Assembly (NCBI GenBank): GCA_965203275.1
Contig: OZ241865.1
Span: 1,888,001 to 1,952,000, forward strand
From: Bdellovibrionales bacterium
Lineage (GTDB): Bacteria; Bdellovibrionota; Bdellovibrionia; Bdellovibrionales; JAUICD01
Direction: 5' to 3'
DNA length: 64,000 nt
Shown here: piece by piece, positions 52,123-61,910 of the stretch
Numbering within the stretch: the first letter of the stretch is position 1
Layout: each line of letters starts with the position of its first letter
Made by a program: the position numbers and the translations under genes
The notes under the pieces: generated by a model
Told to the model about the DNA's origin: nothing
Database searches by the model: none
What the model saw: the letters and a program-made list of their open reading frames with translations, nothing else

Positions 52123-52500
52123 TCAGGGCCTTTCTTTATTTTTAGTATGTTCTTTTTTCACGTCTTTGCCTTTATTGAGTAAAAGCTCGTATAATGTGTC
52201 GAACTTCCGATCAAATTTCTCTTCCAGGGCTTTGATCTGTGTGGGTATATGATTGTATACTTGTTCTTGAATAGGCTTAATTGTAGCAGTCAGTAGATCC
52301 TTCAAGTTATTTTCCAGTTGGTTTATCCGTTCATTTAATCTATTTTCTGATTGGTTTATCCGTTCATTTAATTTATTTTCTGATCGAATTATCCTTTTCA
52401 CCGCCCTATCATAAAGAAAAAAGCCAATAATAGATATAGCTATGATTGTTGGTAGGTCTAAAGCTTCAACTATCTTTAAAACAAATTCATAGAAACCCAT
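52123..52500 (-). CDS. Family B, copy 4
   Basis: Duplicated SENRLNERINQ unit. Confidence 0.85.
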   Translation of the reverse strand: MGFYEFVLKIVEALDLPTIIAISIIGFFLYDRAVKRIIRSENKLNERINQSENRLNERINQLENNLKDLLTATIKPIQEQVYNHIPTQIKALEEKFDRKFDTLYELLLNKGKDVKKEHTKNKERP

Positions 52501-52677
52501 AATGTTCTCCTTAGTTAGGAGTTATACCATCGCCTTATCTTAGTCAATTTAAAAAACATTTAAAAAGTACATAATACTACAACATGATCTAAAGCCTGTC
52601 TAGCAAAAAACACCGGGAACATATTATGTATCGTTAAGGTTTAGTCTGACTTTAATCAAAATTTTATAGGGTTAGTT

Positions 52678-52728
52678 TTATTCTGTAGCTCCGTCCTTTA
52701 GCAATAGATTTACAATCTCTGTATGTCT
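52678..52728 (-). pseudogene. 3' remnant of an ankyrin gene (...EIVNLLLKDGATE*)
   Basis: ttattctgtagctcc matches the 3' ends of the ankyrin paralogs. Confidence 0.7.
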
Positions 52729-52980
52729 TTTTCACTAACTCTTATTCTATTCAAGCAGTCTTGAACATCAGTATCATAAAGTCGACTACGTATTACTTTA
52801 TTATAAAACAACTTTAAAGTCAAGTTTTTTGTATAGTAAAGGAATATTAACCAGTTTTTGATTCTTAGTCATAATCCACTGATCGTCATACATGTTTCTA
52901 CCTCCAATTAAAAACTTCACATCCTTATAACCACAACACTTAAAAGACCAATAATGCTTACGAGTATTAATAACTCTAAC

Positions 52981-53012
52981 AAAAAAAGCCCTCGTGACGA
53001 TGAGGGCTTTTT
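52981..53012. terminator. Intrinsic (possibly bidirectional) terminator downstream of atpA
   Basis: aaaaaaagccctc-gtgacgat-gagggcttttt. Confidence 0.75.
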
Positions 53013-53102
53013 GGTTTGTAAAAGAAAAAGTTTCTTCATCAATGCTGGTAATCTAGTGTTGTTACATGGCAAGCTTCAGAGAAGCTTGCTGTCTGGCCAC
53101 TT

Positions 53103-54620
53103 TTAGTGAGAATCTTTGTTGAAAATAGCTTTGAATTCATCGAGTGCTTTTTTCAGTTGATCTGTGATTTCATCCGTCAGCTTTTTCCCCTCTCGGATAG
53201 CAGGTAAAATATCTGAATGCTTTTGTTTCAAAAAATCTAAAACTTCTGTTTGGTATTTTGAAATTTGATCATTAGAAATATCGTCCATATAACCATTGGT
53301 GCCGGCAAAAATGATAGCTATTTGATCTTCCACTTTCCAAGGCGTATACTGCCCTTGTTTGAGCATTTCTACTAACTTTTGACCTCGATTCAGTTGTGCT
53401 TGTGTCGCCTTATCTAAATCAGAACCAAATGTGGCAAAAGCCTCTAACTCCCTAAATTGAGCAAGACCTAATTTAAGAGTCCCTGCCACTTGTTTCATGG
53501 CTTTAATCTGTGCATTACCTCCCACACGAGAGACAGAGACACCTACATTGACAGCAGGTCTCACACCTTTATAAAACAAATCAGATTCTAAAAAGATTTG
53601 CCCATCTGTGATAGATATCACATTAGTAGGGATATAAGCAGAAATATCATTGGCTTGTGTTTCTATAATAGGTAAGGCTGTCAATGAACCTCCACCTTCT
53701 TCATCACTCATTTTTGCAGCTCTCTCTAAAAGTCGTGAATGCAAATAAAATACATCCCCAGGATAAGCTTCCCGTCCAGGAGGCCTCCTTAAAAGCAAGG
53801 ACATTTGCCTATAAGCTTGTGCTTGTTTTGTCAGATCATCATAAATAATGAGAGCATGCATGCCATGATCTCTAAACCACTCACCTATAGCACAGCCAGA
53901 GTAAGCAGACAAAAACTGCAAAGGAGCAGGCTGAGAAGCATTAGCAGAAACCACTACTGTATATTCTAAAGCTCCTGCTGCTTTAAGTTTTTCAACCACT
54001 TGAGCTACTGTAGATTGTTTCTGCCCTATGGCAACATAAACACAAAAAACATCCTGTCCTTTTTGATTAATGATCGTATCTATAGCCACAGCTGTTTTAC
54101 CTGTCTGCCGATCACCAATAATAAGCTCCCTTTGTCCTCGGCCAATAGGAATCATAGCATCAATAGCTTTAATCCCTGTCTGGAGAGGTTGGCTTACTGG
54201 TTGCCTTTTGACAATACCAGGAGCTTTTAACTCAACTAAACGTGTTTGGTCAGAATGTATAACTCCTAAGTTATCTAATGGCTTTCCAAGGGCATCCACT
54301 ACACGGCCACAAAGAGCTTCCCCTACAGGGATTTGCACAATTTTCCCTGTGCGTTTTACAAGGTCACCCTCTTTAATATGAAAGTCATCACCAAAGATCA
54401 CAACCCCAACAGAGTTAGTCTCTAAGTTCAATGCCATCCCAGGCACATCACCTGGAAATTCAATGATTTCCCCTGCCATAACACCATCTAATCCATAAAC
54501 TCTGGCAACTCCATCACCTACAGATAAGACAACACCTGTCTCAGTTACCTCCAATTGAGTGGAATAATTTTCAATTTGTTTTTTTAAAATTTGAGTGATT
54601 TCATCTGCTTGAATTTTCAT
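53103..54620 (-). CDS. atpA: ATP synthase F1 alpha subunit
   Basis: [31 protein letters not shown]. Confidence 0.99.
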   Translation of the reverse strand: MKIQADEITQILKKQIENYSTQLEVTETGVVLSVGDGVARVYGLDGVMAGEIIEFPGDVPGMALNLETNSVGVVIFGDDFHIKEGDLVKRTGKIVQIPVGEALCGRVVDALGKPLDNLGVIHSDQTRLVELKAPGIVKRQPVSQPLQTGIKAIDAMIPIGRGQRELIIGDRQTGKTAVAIDTIINQKGQDVFCVYVAIGQKQSTVAQVVEKLKAAGALEYTVVVSANASQPAPLQFLSAYSGCAIGEWFRDHGMHALIIYDDLTKQAQAYRQMSLLLRRPPGREAYPGDVFYLHSRLLERAAKMSDEEGGGSLTALPIIETQANDISAYIPTNVISITDGQIFLESDLFYKGVRPAVNVGVSVSRVGGNAQIKAMKQVAGTLKLGLAQFRELEAFATFGSDLDKATQAQLNRGQKLVEMLKQGQYTPWKVEDQIAIIFAGTNGYMDDISNDQISKYQTEVLDFLKQKHSDILPAIREGKKLTDEITDQLKKALDEFKAIFNKDSH

Positions 54621-54664
54621 AGTTTGGGCCTCTTATTGTCTAATTTCGTTGATCTTCGTTTGTT

Positions 54665-55164
54665 TCACTAAAAGTAAACTAGCCTCTGTTTCACTAAAAG
54701 TAAACTGACCTCTGGTCACTTTTGGGCGATGACCACGACGACTGTCGTCGTCGATAAAATGGTCATCACCTCAAAAGTCCGTTTACTTTTAGTAAGGAGG
54801 ATATCTTCGTTTTCTAACATCATGTTAAGGAAACAAGACTTTCACTTTATCCCTGCCTGTCTGATGCCGGGTTGCCGGATCCCGGATCCCGGATAAACAG
54901 CATGTTAAGGAAAAAAGTTCCTTTTTTTGTTTTTTTTATTCTCTTTTAGATTCTGCATAATTTTCAAAAAAGCATGAATATTATGAGTGAAATGCGAAGG
55001 CAGGCTGGAGATCTTCCGCAGACCCGCTTGCTCCCAAAAAGCAAGCGAAGGTTGAGGACTTCGGAAGCCTGCCTTCGCATTTCATTCATAAAAACAAAAT
55101 AGAAAAAGCAGAATCAAAGGGCAGGGGGTGGGGCTAGGGAAGATCCCTTCGCCTCTTAACACCA
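54665..55164 (-). repeat. Mosaic cluster between atpH and atpA: 3WJ element (54691-54830), heptamers, second-class element (54915-55164)
   Basis: Reverse-complement homologs of the elements at 26476-27036. Confidence 0.88.
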
Positions 55165-55177
55165 TCTCCTGCCACAC

Positions 55178-55780
55178 TTATGTTACAACGTCAATGTTAT
55201 TTATAAGCTGATCTTTGAGTAAATGTAACTGGCCAGCAGCTGTTCCGTCAAATAAAAAGCCTCCTACTTTCACTAAAACACCACCTAAAACTGATGGACG
55301 TTCGCAATATTCAAAATGCACAGTTTTGTTTAATTTTTGTGTTGCAAATCTTTCAATAATTTGCTTTTCCTCTGGTGTCAAATGTTGATCAGAAAACACC
55401 TCCCCCTTTATAACACCCCGATCTTCATTATGTCTATATTGAAAAGCCATAATAATTTCTAAAATTAAGTGTATTCTGTTTTTATAAATTAAAAATTTTA
55501 AAAAAGAAAGCAACCTATGATTTTTTTGAGATATTTTTTCTGAAGAACTATTGGGATAGAGTATACTTTGAAGTAAATTTATTTTTTGCTCAGTATTTAA
55601 TAAGGGGCCAGATAAAAGAGAGAGCATATTTTGTGGGGAAGGAGAATCTTGTATGGGTTGCTTTAAAACTTCAGAAAGCATCTCAAAATCTTTTAAAATA
55701 ACATCTATTTGATTTTGACTTGCAAGTAAATCATAAAAAGCATCTGCATATCTTTGAGCAACTTCTGAAGGATAAATCAT
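55178..55780 (-). CDS. atpH: ATP synthase delta subunit
   Basis: VAQRYADA...VLGGVLVKVG..LFDGT, operon position. Confidence 0.9.
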   Translation of the reverse strand: MIYPSEVAQRYADAFYDLLASQNQIDVILKDFEMLSEVLKQPIQDSPSPQNMLSLLSGPLLNTEQKINLLQSILYPNSSSEKISQKNHRLLSFLKFLIYKNRIHLILEIIMAFQYRHNEDRGVIKGEVFSDQHLTPEEKQIIERFATQKLNKTVHFEYCERPSVLGGVLVKVGGFLFDGTAAGQLHLLKDQLINNIDVVT

Positions 55781-56337
55781 TTTAAAGAAACCTCTAGAGT
55801 TTTGATAAAGTGGTGTCTGTCTTCAGAGGTCATAGTTTTTGAAATTTTAGTTTGCACCTGAAGTATGATTTTTTCTGCAAATTCTGCAATTAATTGCCTT
55901 TTAGCTTTTTTATGTTCTAAATCTAGTAAAGATAAAGCTTCGTTTTGGATGCGAGTAGCTTCTATATCAGCTTCTTTAAGCATTTGATCTTTTGTGGCAA
56001 GGGCTTCTTTTTGGGCTTTAGCAATTTGTTCCTGAGATGTTGTGGTGATCTCTTGCAACTTTTGGGTATAGTCCTTGTGGGCAACTTCCATATCCTCTCG
56101 TTCTTTCTGAGCAGCTTGAAACTGCTCTTGGAAACGATCAAATCGGCTTTTATAAAAAGCCCTGATTTTATCTTTCAGAAGATAAAATAATAATCCAACA
56201 AATAAAGAAAAATTTAAAAATTGGTAAAAAACAACTTTTGGTACTCCTTCATGACTATCTGTGGCCCCTAATGCCTGACTGATTCCTAAAAAACTCATAA
56301 ATAAAATATATTTTGTAAGAAATTTTATTCTTTGCAT
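55777..56337 (-). CDS. atpF: ATP synthase subunit b
   Basis: QFLNF TM helix plus coiled coil, upstream of atpH. Confidence 0.85.
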   Translation of the reverse strand: MQRIKFLTKYILFMSFLGISQALGATDSHEGVPKVVFYQFLNFSLFVGLLFYLLKDKIRAFYKSRFDRFQEQFQAAQKEREDMEVAHKDYTQKLQEITTTSQEQIAKAQKEALATKDQMLKEADIEATRIQNEALSLLDLEHKKAKRQLIAEFAEKIILQVQTKISKTMTSEDRHHFIKTLEVSLK

Positions 56338-56561
56338 TTTTACTTTCCCTTAATCTTTTGTTGAAAAATGAAAATGTATCTACTACATCTATCCCTTTTA
56401 AAGCTACCCCTTTTGAAGCCTTATTATATTTTTTAACACAATGGTTTCAAAAACTTCAAATTTTAAAAGCTAGTGGATTCATTTGCTAGCTTATTTTGCA
56501 GTGTCGTCACAGCAAGTCTTATCTATTTTGACTTGATTCCATCACTTTATTTAACTTAAAG

Positions 56562-57014
56562 TCACACTCGTCCTAATATTTTATTAGTAGCCATTTCAAC
56601 TAATTCAGGTGTGTGTTTTTCTAATTCTTTTTGGGCAATTATTTGTTCTTGATTTTTTCGCTTTCTTGTTTGGTCTATTGTTCTTTGAGCTTCTTTCTGA
56701 GCATTTAAGATTTTTCTATGATACTCTTGGCTAGTTTCACTTTTGATTTTTGTAAAAATATCATGAATTTGTGTGTGAAGATTGCGGAGTTTGGTTTCAT
56801 AGTCATTTTTTAATTTTGCAATAGTAGCTAGTTTTTGAGCTTTGTCTTCCTCATCTCCTAAAGTCAAATGTTCCCTTTGTCTATAAGCATCAAAAAGAGG
56901 TTTGAACAAAAGAGGATGCAGGATGACATACAAGGCTAAAAAGATAGCCATTTGAAGGAAAAGTGTATGATCAATACCTAATTTTGTAAATATCTCCATA
57001 AATGAACCCCTCAC
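56562..57014 (-). CDS. ATP synthase subunit b'
   Basis: DHTLFLQMAIF...LFKPL...RE, ends KILGR. Confidence 0.85.
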   Translation of the reverse strand: MRGSFMEIFTKLGIDHTLFLQMAIFLALYVILHPLLFKPLFDAYRQREHLTLGDEEDKAQKLATIAKLKNDYETKLRNLHTQIHDIFTKIKSETSQEYHRKILNAQKEAQRTIDQTRKRKNQEQIIAQKELEKHTPELVEMATNKILGRV

Positions 57015-57346
57015 TTATTTGGTTATTTTCCGTATCATTTCTAAAATAAAACACCTAGAATAGAAAATCAATGAGAATGTTCTATCAAAAGCTTTTCTTA
57101 AATGTAGCTATATTAATAGACTCAAATTTGGTAAATTTTAAGTTTTTAAAGGAACTTTTTCCCTTTGCCATCACATTTGTAGGGTTTTTCTTTAAATTTC
57201 AATAGGTTGTGTTACATTTAAAGCCTCTTAAAAAAATATTGCAAAAAAGACTTGATATGTTATAATATTTTGATAAGTATACTTATAGTGTTATTTATAA
57301 AAATATATAAACAATTTAATCTAAATAAAAAAGGGGTTTTTAAAAA

Positions 57347-57751
57347 ATGGATGTCAATAAAATACTCACAGAGATCAATCAAAAGATTACTCAAAGTTTA
57401 GAGAATCAAAAAGAAATTCAAAAAAAACAAACTGAAATGGAAACAAGACTTACCATTCAAGAGAGTACCACCCAAAAAACTAACGAATTAATTCACCAAT
57501 TATCTGAAGATCAAATAACTCAGAAAAAAGCTACTCAACAAACTAATGAATTGATTCATCAATTATCTGAAGACCAAATAACTCAGAAAAAAGCCACTCA
57601 ACAAGCTACTCAACAAACTAATGAATTGATTCACCAATTATCTGAAGACCAAATAACTCAGAAAAAAGCCACTCAACAAACCCATGAGCTAGTGTTGGCC
57701 ATAAAAAAAAACTGGATTATACAGGCTCTGACAGGCCAAAAAGAAAGTTAA
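57347..57751 (+). CDS. Coiled-coil protein with three 21-aa repeats
   Basis: TQQTNELIHQLSEDQITQKKA x3. Confidence 0.75.
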   Translation: MDVNKILTEINQKITQSLENQKEIQKKQTEMETRLTIQESTTQKTNELIHQLSEDQITQKKATQQTNELIHQLSEDQITQKKATQQATQQTNELIHQLSEDQITQKKATQQTHELVLAIKKNWIIQALTGQKES

Positions 57752-57821
57752 TCAGGGTCATTTGTTGGCTATTTATCTTGTTTTTTAGACTATTTCTGTA
57801 TTTAATCAAACCTTTTCACTT

Positions 57822-58253
57822 TCACTCAAAATGAGTTGTTTCACTAAAAGTAAACCAACCTCTGGTTGCTTTTGGGCGATGACCACGACGACTGTCGTCG
57901 TCGATAAAATGGTCATCACCTCAAAAGTCCGTTTACTTTTAGTAAGGAGGATCCCTTCATTTTTTAACACAATGTTAAGGAAACAAGATATGTTTCTAAA
58001 ATGTTTTTAGGGAGCATGCGAGTTGCGATAAAGGAACTTTTTCCCTAACATCATGTAAAGAGACGAGAGGATTCTTCCTACTAAAAATAAACGGATTTTT
58101 GAGGCAATCAGCCTTTGATCGACGGCGAGAGCCGTCGGGCTGATTGCCCAAAAACAGCCAGAGGCTGGTTTATTTTTAGTGAAAAAGATAAGAAGGCGAA
58201 TAGCCTTCGGCTGGCAACCTAAAAGTGACCAGAGGTCAGTTTACTTTTAGTGA
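57822..58253. repeat. Back-to-back structured 3WJ elements (57841-57980 minus, 58043-58182 plus) plus fragments
   Basis: Same architecture as 25756-26087. Confidence 0.9.
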
Positions 58254-58385
58254 AAGTAATTAGTTTGGGATTTAAGTTTATTCATAGTTTTTTCAAATAA
58301 GTTTGTTGAAAAAAGAAAGAAATTTTACAATAGACTTAAAACAGAAGATAAATATTCAGAGACCAAGGCGTAAAGAGGTAAAGAC

Positions 58386-59801
58386 ATGGAAATTTTTCAA
58401 ACTTCTCAGCTACTCAAAGCCATGCTGGCTGATCTGCAAGCACCTCTTCAAAAGAAAGTTTTAGGAGTCACTACAGATACAAGGCAAAATTGTCAGCAAA
58501 AATTATTTTTCCCACTCAAAGGGGAAACCTTTGATGGACATAATTTTTTTCAACAAGCTATAAATGCTGGAGCCAGTGGGCTTGTGTGTCAAAATCAACA
58601 AAAACATAAGCTACCCTCAAATTTACCTCCTTTTCTAGGTGTCTTCTGTGTAGAAGACACTCTGATAGCCTACCAAAATCTAGCTCAATATGTTCGCTGT
58701 ACCTTCAAACCTAAAGTCATAGCCCTCACAGGTTCTAATGGTAAAACCACAACCAAAGAGTTTCTTGCAACGCTTTTGCAAGACTCTTATACAACCCTAG
58801 CCTCACCTGCAAGTTTTAATAATAGCATTGGTGTGCCACATACACTTTTGAACATTAAACCAGATACTCAAGTTGTTGTGTTAGAAATGGGCATGAATCA
58901 CTTTGGTGAAATCAAAGAACTTGTACAACTAGCTGATCCTGATATCACTTTGATCACCACTGTAGGGAAAGCTCATTTAGAAGGTCTTCAAAGTATAGAA
59001 GGCATTGCCAAAGCAAAAGAAGAAATTTATAAATATGCTCGCAAGGATGTCATAAAGATTTTTAATTTAGATAATACTTGGACGACAGCAATGTACCATC
59101 GCTATCAATCAAGTTGTTCTACTTTTACTTTTAGTCAAGCAAATCATAAAAAGGCAGATATTTGCTTTATGATAGAAGACTCAGGTATTGATTATTTAAT
59201 ATTTTCAGGTAGCATTTGTGGAGTAAAGGGAAGGGTAAGGGTTTCTATTTTTGGCCAACACCATATCAATAATTTAATGGCAGCTACTTGTGGAGCTTTA
59301 GCAGTGGGATTACAGCCTGCAAAAATTTGGCAAAACTTACATAAATGCAAAGCTACCTGGGGACGAAGTCAAATCATAACACTTCCTAATCAAGCAAGAG
59401 TTATTTTTGATGCCTACAATGCCAATCCTGATAGCATGCAAGCTCTTTTAGCTCAAATGGCAAGGTGTAAAATTTCTGGTCAGTTGCATATTTGTTTAGG
59501 GGATATGTTAGAAATGGGTCCCTCATCAGAGTTTTTTCACCAAGAGTTAGGAAAGCAAGTCGCTCAGCTTATGTCTTCTATTAATATAGGGAAAGTTGCT
59601 TTTGTAGGGCAATTTGGGCAAGCATTCCAAGATGGCTTGCAATCTGGACAATCTAGTCGGATTGAAAAAAAGGCTATTTTATTGAATAAATATAAGTCTG
59701 ATTTAGCGTCTTATTTTCAAAAAGCTCTCAAGCCTAAAGATACTTTAATTATCAAAGCTTCCAGAGGACTACAATTAGAAAGGCTCCTTAATAGCCTTTG
59801 A
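58386..59801 (+). CDS. murF: UDP-MurNAc-tripeptide:D-Ala-D-Ala ligase
   Basis: TGSNGKTTTKE, FNNSIGVP, EMGMNHFGEI, DAYNANPDSM, KASRG. Confidence 0.96.
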   Translation: MEIFQTSQLLKAMLADLQAPLQKKVLGVTTDTRQNCQQKLFFPLKGETFDGHNFFQQAINAGASGLVCQNQQKHKLPSNLPPFLGVFCVEDTLIAYQNLAQYVRCTFKPKVIALTGSNGKTTTKEFLATLLQDSYTTLASPASFNNSIGVPHTLLNIKPDTQVVVLEMGMNHFGEIKELVQLADPDITLITTVGKAHLEGLQSIEGIAKAKEEIYKYARKDVIKIFNLDNTWTTAMYHRYQSSCSTFTFSQANHKKADICFMIEDSGIDYLIFSGSICGVKGRVRVSIFGQHHINNLMAATCGALAVGLQPAKIWQNLHKCKATWGRSQIITLPNQARVIFDAYNANPDSMQALLAQMARCKISGQLHICLGDMLEMGPSSEFFHQELGKQVAQLMSSINIGKVAFVGQFGQAFQDGLQSGQSSRIEKKAILLNKYKSDLASYFQKALKPKDTLIIKASRGLQLERLLNSL

Positions 59802-59999
59802 TGGATCATATAAGCTAAGAGGCCAGACTATTTCAAGTGAAAAAAATGTCACTTGTTCATTCTAAAGGACCATTTTTGTCACTGATGTCATACAACAAAT
59901 CCTTCAAACGCTTTAATAATAGGCTTTTTATTTTGGCACAATTTGTGAACCATATAAATATATAAGTTTAAAATAGAAATAAAAGATAGGAGAAAAATA

Positions 60000-60422
60000 A
60001 TGGCAAAAAAAGTATCTATATTATTTATGATAGTGGCTACTGTTGGTATGACTTTAGTAGCTTGTGGCAAAAACAATAATTATGACAGATATGGCTATGG
60101 CTATGATCCATATAATGGCCGTAATGTTTATAATCAGGGTCAGTATGGACGTCATCTTCGTCGCCTACCCCATGGTCAAAGTAGCTGTGGTTCTGGGTGG
60201 AATACTGCTTTCCATCATACACAACAACGAGGCTTTTGCTTTGAAGCTGGATTTGATTTTGGCTTTCAAATAGATCCTTGGCAAGAATATCACGGACTTT
60301 TATGTGATGTAAGATATGATGGGTTGAGTTCATGTCCTCAAGGCATGTTCTGTCAAACAGCACCAGGTAGAGGCCATCTTGGTCAGCCTTTAGGTTTCTG
60401 TACTTACCGTATTTTTTGGTAA
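60000..60422 (+). CDS. Hypothetical Gly/Tyr/Cys-rich lipoprotein
   Basis: Lipobox LVAC, aggaga RBS. Confidence 0.75.
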   Translation: MAKKVSILFMIVATVGMTLVACGKNNNYDRYGYGYDPYNGRNVYNQGQYGRHLRRLPHGQSSCGSGWNTAFHHTQQRGFCFEAGFDFGFQIDPWQEYHGLLCDVRYDGLSSCPQGMFCQTAPGRGHLGQPLGFCTYRIFW

Positions 60423-60491
60423 AAGTGTGAACTTGATTACATAAAATATTATTTTCTTGCGGGTTGCATTTCTTTCATACAAGATAATTAT

Positions 60492-61772
60492 ATGAAGATG
60501 CAATCTGTAAGAGGGATGAAAGACCTAAGTCCTACACAAAGCCATCTATGGCTTGAGGTAGAAAAGCAAGCTATTCATATATCTTCTCTGTCAGGATATC
60601 AACTTGTTCGCACTCCTCTTTTAGAAATGACAGACCTCTTCAAAAGAAGCATTGGAACACACACCGATATTGTCGAAAAAGAAATGTACACATTTAAAGA
60701 CAAAAATAATGATCACCTCACCTTAAGACCAGAGGGTACAGCTGGCGTGATTCGAGCAGTGATTGAAAATCGCTGGATGATCTCTCCTCACACAGCATTG
60801 AGGCTTTCTTATTTAGGTTCTATGTATCGCAGGGAAAGACCTCAAAAAGGTCGTTACAGGCAATTTCATCAATTTGGATTAGAACTTTTAGGTGTCCATG
60901 CTCCAGCAGGAGATGCTGAAGTCATCTCACTGGGATGGGATTTTTTACAATCTCTTGGTCTTCAAAATATTCAAATCAAAATTTCCACACTTGGAACTCT
61001 AGCTTGCCGTAAAGCTTATCAAGAAAAATTAAAGCAAGTCCTCAAAAAAAACTTAGCACTAATCCCTAAAGATTTTATCCCTCGCATCGATTCAAACCCT
61101 CAACGCATTTTTGACCATAAAGATCCCAAAGTTTCTCAATTAATCCCTCAATTGCCACTGATTTTAGATCACTTGGACCTAGAGAGCCAAAAGCATTTTG
61201 AACAAGTGCAAGAATGTTTATCTCAAATGGATATTCCTTACACCATTGACCCACATATTGTCAGAGGTCTTGATTATTACGGACACACAGCTTTTGAATA
61301 TATCTCATCAGAGCTAGGTCCAAGTCAAAATGCTGTAGGGGGAGGAGGACGCTACGACGGACTTGTGGAACAATTAGGAGGCCACCCTACACCTGCTGTG
61401 GGATTAGCTATGGGCTTAGAACGGCTTATGTTATTAATTAATGGACAGCAATGGCTTTCAGATAAAAAAGCACCTCTTTATTTTGTGATCCAAGATCCTA
61501 GCTTAACTTCTTTAGCTTTAAAATGGAGCCGTCAATTAAGACAAGCTGGTATCAAAACACAGGTCCATTTAGAAGAACGTAAATTTAAAAATCAAATGAA
61601 GCAAGCTAATAATATGAGTGTCCCTTATGTGGTTATTTTTGGCCAGCAAGAGATAGCTCAAGGGCAAGTCATAGTTAAAAATATGCTCTCTGGGGAACAA
61701 AAGGCTATTTCTTTAGAACAGCTTGAAACTTACTTTAAAGCTTTGATCAATAAGAAAGACTCAGCAATATAA
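60492..61772 (+). CDS. hisS: Histidyl-tRNA synthetase
   Basis: VRGMKD, LRPEGTA, ERPQKGRYRQFHQ, VRGLDYY, GGGRYD. Confidence 0.98.
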   Translation: MKMQSVRGMKDLSPTQSHLWLEVEKQAIHISSLSGYQLVRTPLLEMTDLFKRSIGTHTDIVEKEMYTFKDKNNDHLTLRPEGTAGVIRAVIENRWMISPHTALRLSYLGSMYRRERPQKGRYRQFHQFGLELLGVHAPAGDAEVISLGWDFLQSLGLQNIQIKISTLGTLACRKAYQEKLKQVLKKNLALIPKDFIPRIDSNPQRIFDHKDPKVSQLIPQLPLILDHLDLESQKHFEQVQECLSQMDIPYTIDPHIVRGLDYYGHTAFEYISSELGPSQNAVGGGGRYDGLVEQLGGHPTPAVGLAMGLERLMLLINGQQWLSDKKAPLYFVIQDPSLTSLALKWSRQLRQAGIKTQVHLEERKFKNQMKQANNMSVPYVVIFGQQEIAQGQVIVKNMLSGEQKAISLEQLETYFKALINKKDSAI

Positions 61773-61910
61773 AACAATAAAAAAATGCATTTGATGCAAA
61801 TACATATCAATTGTTGATATTTGTATTTGCTTGACATCTATGATTATTTCACCCTAAAGCTTTGACCCCCTTCATGCTATGTAAAAATTTCATATTATTT
61901 AAGATATTTT

